DNA of 36,223 nt from a bacterium. GTDB taxonomy: Bacteria; Muiribacteriota; Ozemobacteria; Ozemobacterales; Ozemobacteraceae. The translations under genes and the position numbers were made by a program. Of this stretch, positions 25,597 to 33,802 are shown in pieces. The notes under the pieces are model-generated. The model was not told the origin of the DNA and ran no database searches. It saw only the letters and a list, made by a program, of their open reading frames with translations. Each line of letters starts with the position of its first letter. Position 1 is the stretch's first letter. Location of the stretch: contig JACPTH010000181.1 of NCBI GenBank assembly GCA_016192885.1, positions 1 to 36,223 of the forward strand, read 5' to 3'.

Positions 25597-26205
25597 ATGA
25601 GATTTAGTTTGATGTTGCTTTCAATTGTTTTTTTGTTTTTTAGCGGGTGTTTGACTTCCCAAGAGAAAGAAAGAAAGAAATGGGCCAAACCTCCCGAAAT
25701 GAAGATCAATTTAGAAAAAAACTACTTTGCTCTTCTAAAGACAAATTTGGGTGAAATTAAAATCGAACTATTCTCTAAAGAATCTCCTAAAACGGTGAAC
25801 AATTTTGTATTTCTTGCAAGCGAAAGCTTCTATGATGGCACAGTGTTTCACCGGATTATCAAAGATTTCATGATCCAAGGGGGAGATCCTTTGGGAACCG
25901 GCGAAGGAGACCCCGGGTACAGCTTTAATGATGAACTTCCCGTAAAACACTCTTACGAACCTGGAATCATTGCAATGGCCAACGCTGGCCCAAACACACA
26001 AGGCAGTCAATTTTTCATCTGCAACGGTGAGGGTGCAAAAAAGCTTGATTCAAGACCCAATTACACCCAATTTGGAAAAGTGATTGAGGGAATGGATGTG
26101 GTTTTGAAAATTTCCTCGGTGGATGTGGGTCCAAGCGTATCGGGAGAGCTTAGCAAACCCAAGGATCCACCGGTGTTACAAAAAGTTACCATTGAAGAAA
26201 AGTGA
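25597..26205 (+). CDS. cyclophilin-type peptidyl-prolyl cis-trans isomerase, lipoprotein
   Basis: Motifs: FHRIIKDFMIQGGDP, GIIAMANAGPNTQGSQFFI. Lipobox FFSGC at the end of the signal peptide. Confidence 0.93.
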   Translation: MRFSLMLLSIVFLFFSGCLTSQEKERKKWAKPPEMKINLEKNYFALLKTNLGEIKIELFSKESPKTVNNFVFLASESFYDGTVFHRIIKDFMIQGGDPLGTGEGDPGYSFNDELPVKHSYEPGIIAMANAGPNTQGSQFFICNGEGAKKLDSRPNYTQFGKVIEGMDVVLKISSVDVGPSVSGELSKPKDPPVLQKVTIEEK

Positions 26206-26272
26206 GTTTTACTTTAAAAGTGAATAACTCGAATGGTTGGAATTTTTTTAAACTTTCATTAAATACTCGCTC

Positions 26273-27148
26273 ATGAAAAGTGGAATTGTTTTAGTTGTTT
26301 CCGCGAGCCTTTCGAACGATGACCTATGTTCTTCTCCTTTCAATTTGCACCCCGAAGAATTTTTTCTTGCGAGTTATGATTCGTTGTGTTTCCTAGGGTT
26401 CTCACGGTTTTGTTTGGTTATCCTTCACGAGCCCGACCCTGATATTTGCACAAAACTTTCGTTGGGAATTCGGGATTCAAGACTTCTTGAAGGCATGTGG
26501 AACTTGGTTGCTCTTTCCAATTCACCCGTGCGAATTATTTCTTCGCCTAAAAACCGTCCTTTAAAATCTTTGCTTGACCTAGGCGTTGAGCCATTTTCTC
26601 CGTCAGAAGTTCGGGATTTTTTATCATCTCTTTCGTCCCCAAAAAATTCCGCTTCGTTTAACCCAAAAAAGCAACCCTTGCTTACCGCTGACGATATCCG
26701 TGAAATGCACAAAATGGGAAAACTGCGATTAGAACCAGGGGCTCTCCTTACCGAATGGGCAAAAGAGGTTGCAGTTACCTTAGGAATTAGTTTGCCTGAA
26801 AAGCAAGCCAATTTTGTTCTGGCTTTTTTGAGCACTCCTACCCGTGCTTCCCTGATAGATTTATCGGAAAAAATTCACTCTTGGAGTCGCGCGAATCCAA
26901 AACTCCTTTTTGTGGTTCCATCCCCACAAATTCCCCTTTTTCGTGAACTTTTTCCGTCAATTTCTTCGCGCCTAGTGGCCCCCGCCTTTCATTGGGCGGA
27001 ATCCGGAGCCTTTACCGGAGAGGTTTCGCTTGGAATGATTCAAGATGCGGGGTGTTTTGGAGCAATTATGCCGCATTCCAAGCCTTTTTTTACAAAAGAG
27101 CAGATTCTCCAAATTGCGTCGCATTGGAGCATTCTCATCGATAATTAA
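26273..27148 (+). CDS. BMC-locus protein: unrecognised N-terminal region, EutQ-N-terminus-like motif, partial triosephosphate-isomerase-like segment
   Basis: C-terminus: LLFVVPSPQIPLF...LVAPAFHWAESGAFTGEVSLGMIQDAGCFGAIMPHSKPFFTKEQ. It aligns by eye with TIM residues about 35-120 (vaiaPP...lGAQNv....SGAFTGEtS..ML.D.G..yviiGHSERR). Residues about 134-175 (LLTADDIREMHKMGKLRLEPGALLTEWAKEVAVTLGISL) resemble the EutQ N-terminal module. Confidence 0.6.
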   Translation: MKSGIVLVVSASLSNDDLCSSPFNLHPEEFFLASYDSLCFLGFSRFCLVILHEPDPDICTKLSLGIRDSRLLEGMWNLVALSNSPVRIISSPKNRPLKSLLDLGVEPFSPSEVRDFLSSLSSPKNSASFNPKKQPLLTADDIREMHKMGKLRLEPGALLTEWAKEVAVTLGISLPEKQANFVLAFLSTPTRASLIDLSEKIHSWSRANPKLLFVVPSPQIPLFRELFPSISSRLVAPAFHWAESGAFTGEVSLGMIQDAGCFGAIMPHSKPFFTKEQILQIASHWSILIDN

Positions 27149-27255
27149 GCTCATAGACCTTCGGAATTCGAGCGCGTTCTCGGTCGGTGATAGAGAAGCG
27201 GTTTTTGTTTCAATTGATGACGTTGAGAAGGGGAGAGTTTCAGGATGGCTGAACG

Positions 27256-27900
27256 ATGATTGATGAAAATACTGTAAAAGTCATAGTAGCCCAAGTAATA
27301 GAGCAAATAGCTTTAAAGGAGCGTGCTCGTTCGGGGGCTGTAACGGTTGGGATAAGCAATAGGCATATCCACCTTTGCGAAGCTGATTTAGAGTCCCTTT
27401 TCGGCACTGGGCATAAGTTGAAAACCTTTAGAGAGCTTTCACAACCGGGCCAATTTGCCGCCGAGGAATGCCTTACCGTCGCGGGGCCTAAGGGCGTTAT
27501 CGAAAAAGTTCGAATCCTTGGGCCAATCCGAAAGCAAACCCAGGTGGAAATCTCGATTACAGACTCCTTTTCGTTGGGAATTCCTCCTATTGTTCGCGAT
27601 TCCGGAGATGTTAAAGGAACTCCGGGATGCGTTCTTATCGGCCCCAAAGGTGCGGTAAATCTTAAGGAAGGCCTTATTGTTGCTTCCCGTCATATCCACC
27701 TTAATTCGAAGGATGCCGAAAAGTTTGGTTTGAAAGATATGGATCGAGTATCGGTGAAGAGTTTTGGGTCGAGGTCCCTGATTTTCAATAATGTTCTTGT
27801 CCGAGTCAGCGATCAGTTTGCCTTAGACTTTCACCTAGATTGCGATGAAGCCAACGCAGCATGTTTGAGGAACGGCGACAAACTTGAAATTATTGGTTAA
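27256..27900 (+). CDS. pduL: phosphate acyltransferase PduL
   Basis: Motifs: VGISNRHIHLCEADLESLFG, QPGQFAAEE, VRILGPIRKQTQVEIS, ASRHIHLNSKDAEKFG, VLVRVSDQFALDFHLDCDEANAA. The amphipathic N-terminus ENTVKVIVAQVIEQI looks like an encapsulation peptide. Confidence 0.93.
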   Translation: MIDENTVKVIVAQVIEQIALKERARSGAVTVGISNRHIHLCEADLESLFGTGHKLKTFRELSQPGQFAAEECLTVAGPKGVIEKVRILGPIRKQTQVEISITDSFSLGIPPIVRDSGDVKGTPGCVLIGPKGAVNLKEGLIVASRHIHLNSKDAEKFGLKDMDRVSVKSFGSRSLIFNNVLVRVSDQFALDFHLDCDEANAACLRNGDKLEIIG

Positions 27901-27951
27901 TTCAGAAAATGAATTGTTTATTTTTAGAATTTATCTTCTTAGGAGGTTTTC

Positions 27952-28257
27952 ATGCAAGAGGCTCTCGGAATGATTGAGACAAAAGGTTTGGTGGCAATGA
28001 TTGAAGCAAGCGACGCGATGGTAAAGGCGGCCAATGTGCGATTGGTCGGTTGGGAAAAAATCGGGTCGGGATTTGTCACGGCAATAGTTCGCGGGGATGT
28101 CGCCGCGGTAAAAGCCGCTACTGATGCCGGCGCGGCTGCCGCAAAAAAAATCGGAGAATTAGTATGCGTCCATGTAATTCCGCGCCCGCACACAAATCTC
28201 GACGAAGTTCTTCCGATTCGCGAAAACACAACCTCAACCAGTACGACTAAAAAATAA
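27952..28257 (+). CDS. BMC-H shell protein (PduA/EutM-type hexamer)
   Basis: [27 protein letters not shown]...[24 protein letters not shown]...[17 protein letters not shown]. Confidence 0.96.
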   Translation: MQEALGMIETKGLVAMIEASDAMVKAANVRLVGWEKIGSGFVTAIVRGDVAAVKAATDAGAAAAKKIGELVCVHVIPRPHTNLDEVLPIRENTTSTSTTKK

Positions 28258-28274
28258 GCCTTTCGGAATTCTAG

Positions 28275-28547
28275 ATGATTCTTGGGAAAACTTGCGGAAC
28301 TGTTGTTTGTACCCGTAAAGATGAAAGACTTAACGGGATGAAATTTTTAATTGTCGAAGAATTAGCGGTAAATACTCAAAAACCAACCGGGAACCATCAT
28401 ATCGCGGTTGATGCCGTCGGCGCCGGAGCATCCGAGACGATTTTGATGGTTTCCGGAAGTTCCGCGCGCCTTACAGGCCGAACAATAAATTGTCCTGTCG
28501 ATGCCGCAATTTGCGGAATCGTTGATGAAATTACCATGGACAAGTAA
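28275..28547 (+). CDS. BMC-P vertex protein (EutN/CcmL/PduN family)
   Basis: MILGKTCGTVVCTRKDERLNGMKFLIVEEL...AVDAVGAGASETILMVSGSSAR. Confidence 0.93.
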   Translation: MILGKTCGTVVCTRKDERLNGMKFLIVEELAVNTQKPTGNHHIAVDAVGAGASETILMVSGSSARLTGRTINCPVDAAICGIVDEITMDK

Positions 28548-28674
28548 AAAGGAATTTGCGAACGGAGAGAAAGCTCTTCAAAGTTTGATCTTTCTCGAAT
28601 AATAAATGAATAGCGCGAATTGCCGGCATGGTAAAAGTTGATTCATTTTTTTCTTGAACGGGAGATAAGCGGAT

Positions 28675-29963
28675 ATGCCGTTTTCAAAAGACGAAGTTAA
28701 TCTCATCGTTTCGGAAGTTCTTAAGCATATTAATACTTTGCAATCGACCAAGGTTGCCGCGGTAGAAAGCGCCTGCGAGAACGGAATTTTTGAGAACATA
28801 GATGACGCCATTCGATCCGCCGCGGAAGCCCAAAAGAAACTTGTAACCCTTTCTCTAAGTACTAGGTCAGCTATTATCGAAAATATGCGGAAGCGGGTTT
28901 TCGGCAAAATAGAAGAACTTTCCCGACTTGGGGTTGAAGAAACAGGCTATGGACGCGTGGAAGATAAGATTCAAAAAAACACGTTGGCCGTAAAAAAAAC
29001 TCCGGGAATTGAAGATCTTCAACCTGTCGCTTATTCCGGAGATCATGGGTTGACTCTCGTTGAACAAGCTCCTTACGGCGTTATCGGAGCGATTACTCCC
29101 TCAACCAACCCTTCCGAAACGGTAATTTGCAATTCGATCGGGATGATAGCCGCCGGCAATTCGGTCGTTTTTGCCCCGCATCCGGCCGCTGCTCGCGTGA
29201 GTCATTTGGCCGTTACTACTCTTCATGAAGCCATTGTCGAAGCAGGGGGCCCGCGAAACCTCGTCGTTTCAGTTTCAAAGCCAAGCATTGAATCCGCCCA
29301 AGTTCTAATGACCCATCCTGGAATCCGTCTTTTGGTGGTTACGGGCGGGCCTGCGGTCGTTGCGGCCGCCGCAAAAAGCGGCAAAAGATTTGTTGCCGCG
29401 GGGCCGGGAAACCCGCCTGCCGTTGTCGACGAGACCGCAGATCTTAAGAAAGCCGCCCGGGACATAGTCTCCGGCGCAACTTTAGATAACAACGTTTTAT
29501 GCATTGCCGAAAAAGAGATTATCGTGGTTGAATCGGTTGCGGATGAATTAAAAAGGAACTTGCTAGTATCGGGCGCTTATGAAGCTACCGCTCGTGAAAT
29601 CATGATGCTCGAAAAGCTGGTAATTGATCCAAAGACACACGGGCCTAACCGCAAATTTGTCGGGAAAAACGCCTCCGTGATTTTGGATGCTCGGCGGTAG
29701 ATTTGGCGGTAAAAGTCGAACACGGTTACCATCATACCGCGGTTATGCATAGCAAGAATTTAGACAATTTGCATTTAATGGCAAGTCGATGCAATTGTTC
29801 CATTTTTGTAAAGAATGGGCCTAGTTACGCAGGTTTGGGGTTGGGCGGCGAAGGTTTCACAACTTTTACCATTGCCTCTCCGACCGGGGAAGGCCTTACC
29901 AGCGCACGCTCGTTTACAAGGCAGCGGCGTTGCGTTTTGGTTGATTATTTCAGAATCGTGTGA
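28675..29963 (+). pseudogene. CoA-acylating aldehyde dehydrogenase (PduP/EutE type), disrupted by an internal deletion plus frameshift
   Basis: ORF 28675-29700 matches EutE/PduP from the N-terminal encapsulation-like helix (DEVNLIVSEVLKHI) through PSTNP, GNSVVFAPHPAA, GPGNPPAVVDETADL and the catalytic NNVLCIAEKE. It stops at ...FVGKNASVILDARR. ORF 29703-29963, in another frame, carries the family C-terminus: (AVD)LAVKVEHGYHHTAVMHS...SIFVKNGPSYAGLGLGGEGFTTFTIASPTGEGLTSARSFTRQRRCVLVDYFRIV. About 40 residues, including the ELMMPVLPVVRV-type segment, are absent. Confidence 0.85.
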
Positions 29964-31270
29964 AAAATAAATTTCCCGATAAGGTTGAGGATTTAGGCAT
30001 TGTTGGCTGTGGTGGCGCGGGGTTTCCCACTCACGTAAAGCTTTCCGCCAAAGATGTTACTTGTTTTATTGTGAATGCCGCGGAATGTGAGCCTTTGCTC
30101 CACAAAGATAAGGAAATCCTAAAACACCATACCGCGGATTTTTTTAAAGGTTTGGAAACCGCGATGAGTATGACCGGCGCCAAAGTAACCCATATTGCGG
30201 TGAAGGAAAAGTATTCCGAGCTCATTTCCCAATTGAAATCATTTTGCTCGAATCCAAAAATTTCGGTTTTTCCGCTCGGAGATTTTTATCCGTCGGGTGA
30301 CGAGTTCGAACTTGTGTATGAAATCACTAAAAAACTAATACCTTTTGGCGGGATTCCTTTGCAAATCGGTTGCGTTGTAAATAACGTTGAGACTCTTCTC
30401 CACCTTGGCAGAGGAAAACCTTTTACCTCAAAGTTTTTAACGGTAGCAGGAGCGGTTCCAAAACCGGTTTCCATCGAAGTTCCTCTTGGAATTACCGTTC
30501 GCGAAGCTATCTCACTCTCCGGTCAAATCGATCTTTGCGACATGGCGATTATTGACGGAGGTCCGATGATGGGGAGGATAGTTTCACCTGAAAACCTAGT
30601 CACAAAAACTTGTGGAGGCCTTGTGGTTCTTCCAAAGGAACACCCGTTGATCGTAAAAATGACCCGACCGGCTCGCCGGAATCAGCTTATTGGGCGGGCA
30701 GGTTGCGATCAATGTACGGATTGCACCGAGCTTTGTCCAAGAAGGTTGCTAGGCTATCCAATTCGACCTCATAAAGCTATGCGCACAAATTTGTTTACCC
30801 GCGGGGATTCAAGCGATTATTCCCTTGAGTCTATTTTTTGTTCAGAATGCGGAGTTTGTTCGTTATTTGCATGCCCTGAAGCTCTTCCTCCGCGCGAGGT
30901 GACTATTATTGCCAAAAGATATCATCTTAGTCATGGAGCAAAACTTTCCGATTGGCAGGGCGTTCCGCAGGTTCATCCAATGCGGCCAGGTCGAAGAATC
31001 GGAATTCAAAGATTAATTAATTGCCTCGGACTAACCGAATTCGATCGCAAAGCCCCGCTAATACAGGCAAAAATTGACCCGCCACACGTGCGATTGCCCT
31101 TAAAAATGAATTTGGGGGCCCCAGCTCAACCGTCCGTAAAAGTAGGGGATGATGTTACAACCGGTCAGCTAATTGGGATTATTCCCGAACGATCTCTCGG
31201 AGCCAACTTACACGCTTCGATTAGCGGGCGGGTAGTTTCGATTGATGATGCGATAACCATAGAGGCGTAA
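29960..31270 (+). CDS. PduS/RnfC-like flavin and Fe-S oxidoreductase
   Basis: The GTG overlaps the preceding stop (GTGA). GIVGCGGAGFPTHVKL (RnfC/NuoF-type nucleotide site). Two ferredoxin-type motifs, GCDQCTDCTELCP and CSECGVCSLFACP. The C-terminus is a barrel-sandwich-like segment, VKVGDDVTTGQLIG...SISGRVVSID. Confidence 0.85.
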   Translation: MKNKFPDKVEDLGIVGCGGAGFPTHVKLSAKDVTCFIVNAAECEPLLHKDKEILKHHTADFFKGLETAMSMTGAKVTHIAVKEKYSELISQLKSFCSNPKISVFPLGDFYPSGDEFELVYEITKKLIPFGGIPLQIGCVVNNVETLLHLGRGKPFTSKFLTVAGAVPKPVSIEVPLGITVREAISLSGQIDLCDMAIIDGGPMMGRIVSPENLVTKTCGGLVVLPKEHPLIVKMTRPARRNQLIGRAGCDQCTDCTELCPRRLLGYPIRPHKAMRTNLFTRGDSSDYSLESIFCSECGVCSLFACPEALPPREVTIIAKRYHLSHGAKLSDWQGVPQVHPMRPGRRIGIQRLINCLGLTEFDRKAPLIQAKIDPPHVRLPLKMNLGAPAQPSVKVGDDVTTGQLIGIIPERSLGANLHASISGRVVSIDDAITIEA

Positions 31271-31275
31271 GCAGA

Positions 31276-31857
31276 ATGAAAATTCCATCAAGTAAAAGTG
31301 ATAGTTTCCCATTTAAAGCCATTGGATTGATTGAGTTATCCAGCATTGCAATGGGTTTTTTAACCGCCGATGCGATGTTAAAGGCAGCATCGGTTGAAAT
31401 TGTTCTTTCAAGAACCGTCTGTCCCGGAAAATACATCGTTCTAATTTGGGGAGATGTTGCCGCCGTAGAAGCAAGCGTTAGGGCCGGAGTTTCGGTAAGC
31501 CAAGGATATCTTGTGAACGAATTGGTCATTCCCAATATTCACCCCCAAATTTTTCCGGCAATTACCGCCACGAACCCGGTAAAAACTACCGACGCGTTGG
31601 GAGTTCTTGAAACATTTGATGTCGTGTCCACAATCTTAGCCGCTGATGCGTCCGCAAAAGCCGCGAACGTAACTCTTTGCGAAATTCGCCTCGCTATGGC
31701 CCTTGGTGGAAAGGCATTTTATTCCTTTACAGGCGACGTTGCCGCGGTAGAAGCCGCAATCGCCGCCGGAAGAGAGGTTTTGGAAAGCAACGGTCTTATC
31801 GTAAATTGGGTTGTTATTCCAAGGCCTCGTGAAGAACTTTTTGAAGAGTTTGTCTAA
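31276..31857 (+). CDS. BMC-T tandem-domain shell protein, PduT-like
   Basis: Two BMC domains (AIGLIELSSIAMGFLTADAMLKAASV and ALGVLETFDVVSTILAADASAKAANV). The TVCPGKY motif (Cys codon 31420-31422) matches the PduT pore Fe-S ligand position. Confidence 0.9.
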   Translation: MKIPSSKSDSFPFKAIGLIELSSIAMGFLTADAMLKAASVEIVLSRTVCPGKYIVLIWGDVAAVEASVRAGVSVSQGYLVNELVIPNIHPQIFPAITATNPVKTTDALGVLETFDVVSTILAADASAKAANVTLCEIRLAMALGGKAFYSFTGDVAAVEAAIAAGREVLESNGLIVNWVVIPRPREELFEEFV

Positions 31858-32315
31858 TGCCGAAAATAATTCTTGGAGCTGATCACGGAGGTTTTTCCCA
31901 TAAGGAAGAATTAAAACAGCATTTGATTTCTTCGGGATTCGTGATTGAGGACATTGGCGCTCATTCCACCGAGCCGGTTGATTATCCGGATATCGCTTTA
32001 TTGGTCGGGCTTGCCGTTTCGCGAAATCCTCAAGCATTGGGGATAATCATTGATGGAGCGGGAATAGGCTCATGCATGGCCGGCAACAAAATCCCCGGGG
32101 TGCGTGCGGCCTGTTGTAACGATCTTTATACGGCCCGGAATAGCCGAGAGCATAATCACGCCAACGTTCTCACCATGGGAAGCATGGTAATCGGGATTGG
32201 CCTTATGAAGCAAATAGTCGATCTTTGGATAACCACCCAACCCGCTCCCGGTCGCCATGCGAATCGAGTCGATAAGATCATGAAAATTGAATCGGCTTTA
32301 AAAACCCTTGAATAA
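31857..32315 (+). CDS. rpiB: ribose-5-phosphate isomerase B / sugar-phosphate isomerase (RpiB/LacAB family)
   Basis: Motifs: IILGADHGGFSHKEEL, GIGSCMAGNKIPGVRAACC, ARNSREHNHANVLTMG. The start overlaps the BMC-T stop (TAATG). Confidence 0.92.
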   Translation: MPKIILGADHGGFSHKEELKQHLISSGFVIEDIGAHSTEPVDYPDIALLVGLAVSRNPQALGIIIDGAGIGSCMAGNKIPGVRAACCNDLYTARNSREHNHANVLTMGSMVIGIGLMKQIVDLWITTQPAPGRHANRVDKIMKIESALKTLE

Positions 32316-32360
32316 AAGTTAAGGTTAGCAAATTAGAAAAATTGCCCTGAGGAAATTATT

Positions 32361-33512
32361 ATGCGAGCGATTTGTATCGTATTAGATAGCGTCGGAATTG
32401 GCGCAATGCCGGATGCCGCCGAATATGGAGATGAAGGCTCCGCGACTTTGCCCAACCTTTCAAATGCCGCGGGGGGCCTAGAACTTCCTACTTTGGAGCG
32501 GCTAGGTTTGGGAAAAATAGCGCCTATAAAAGGCGTATCCGGAGAAATCCAAGCTGAAGGTTCGCACGGAAAGATGAGGGAGCTTTCGCCGGGAAAGGAT
32601 ACGACCACGGGCCATTGGGAGATGATGGGGATAAAACTGGAACATGCTTTTCCCTTGTTTCCGGACGGGTTCCCGAAAGCTTGGTTGACAAAATTCGAAC
32701 GCGCCATAGGCGTGGAAACATTAGGAAATTACGCCGCCTCCGGAACCGAAATAATAGCGCAGTTGGGCGATGAACATGTAAAAACGAGAAAACCGATAGT
32801 GTATACCTCGGCGGATTCGGTGTTTCAAATCGCCGCTCACGAGGAAATAATCCCCTTGGAAGAACTGTACAAGATTTGCAAAATAGCCCGTGAAATGCTT
32901 GTCCCCCCGGAAATGGGAGTTGGGAGAGTAATCGCCCGACCGTTCATAGGAACATCCGGCGGCTATAAGCGCACCGCTCACCGGCATGATTTTAGCCTTC
33001 TTCCGAGTCAAGACACTTTGCTTGATGTCCTCAATAAGGGCGGGGCGGTTACCTATGGTATCGGAAAAATTTACGATATTTTTGCCGGAAAGGGCGTAAA
33101 CAAGAGCGTTTCAACGGAAGGAAACGTTGCCGGGATGAATAAAACATCCGAAGCTTTAGATCTTGTACGGGAAGGTTTCATTTTCACAAATCTCGTCGAT
33201 TTCGACATGCTGTTTGGCCACCGGCGAGATGTCCTTGGCTACAAAAAAGCCCTGGAAGGATTTGACCAGTGGTTATCCGGTTTTCTTAAAAAATTAGATG
33301 AAAATGATTTGTTAATTATTACCGCCGATCATGGTTGCGACCCGACTTTTCGGGGTTCCGACCACACCAGGGAATATGTTCCCCTTTTATCGTTTAGAAA
33401 AGGTTTCCAAGGGAAAGACTTAGGAGTCCGAAACGGATTTTGGGACGTCGGAGCTTCCATTGCGGCTCATTTAAAGATCCCGTTTGATCGTGGAACTTCG
33501 TTCGTTTTCTAA
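32361..33512 (+). CDS. deoB: phosphopentomutase
   Basis: Motifs: RAICIVLDSVGIGAMPDAAEYGDEGSATL, TTGHWEMMG, VYTSADSVFQIAAHEE, ITADHGCDPT. Confidence 0.95.
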   Translation: MRAICIVLDSVGIGAMPDAAEYGDEGSATLPNLSNAAGGLELPTLERLGLGKIAPIKGVSGEIQAEGSHGKMRELSPGKDTTTGHWEMMGIKLEHAFPLFPDGFPKAWLTKFERAIGVETLGNYAASGTEIIAQLGDEHVKTRKPIVYTSADSVFQIAAHEEIIPLEELYKICKIAREMLVPPEMGVGRVIARPFIGTSGGYKRTAHRHDFSLLPSQDTLLDVLNKGGAVTYGIGKIYDIFAGKGVNKSVSTEGNVAGMNKTSEALDLVREGFIFTNLVDFDMLFGHRRDVLGYKKALEGFDQWLSGFLKKLDENDLLIITADHGCDPTFRGSDHTREYVPLLSFRKGFQGKDLGVRNGFWDVGASIAAHLKIPFDRGTSFVF

Positions 33513-33802
33513 GCCGGCTTTTTGCGGGCCGGAAACAAAGAGTTTTCCTGTTTGTTCGTCTCGAATCCACGTTAGTTTAGCGGGATCTTTAGAAACCGTA
33601 CTTCCCTTTTACCTTCAACCGAGCGCATAATGCATACGGTTCCGTCCTTCAAAAATACTTGGTATTTTGACGCAAGAAGTTCTCCTGGGGAAGAAATTGG
33701 TTTTGAAGAAATTACTTTTAAGTCCAAAAAATCGAAGGCACATGTATAAAGATGCCGGGCCGCAGGATGACAAGGGAATCCCATTTCTATTGTTGAATCA
33801 TT

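Noticed and set aside
27939-28229. 96-aa minus-strand ORF and other antisense ORFs across the BMC genes (for example 27240-27647, 29223-29504, 31221-31535)
   Set aside because: They lie antisense to strongly recognisable shell and enzyme genes. Ala/Gly-rich coding DNA commonly leaves the opposite strand open.
26273-33512. Alternative BMC classes (PDU, EUT, GRM, PVM, carboxysome)
   Set aside because: No diol dehydratase, EutBC, glycyl-radical enzyme/activase, class II aldolase, RuBisCO or carbonic anhydrase is present. The presence of RpiB, phosphopentomutase and a TIM-like gene points to the SPU class instead.
33572-33784. 70-aa minus-strand ORF downstream of the TPR gene
   Set aside because: It could be a fourth operon gene, since the gap is 18 nt. 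There is no recognisable motif or RBS and it is short, so the evidence is too weak to call.
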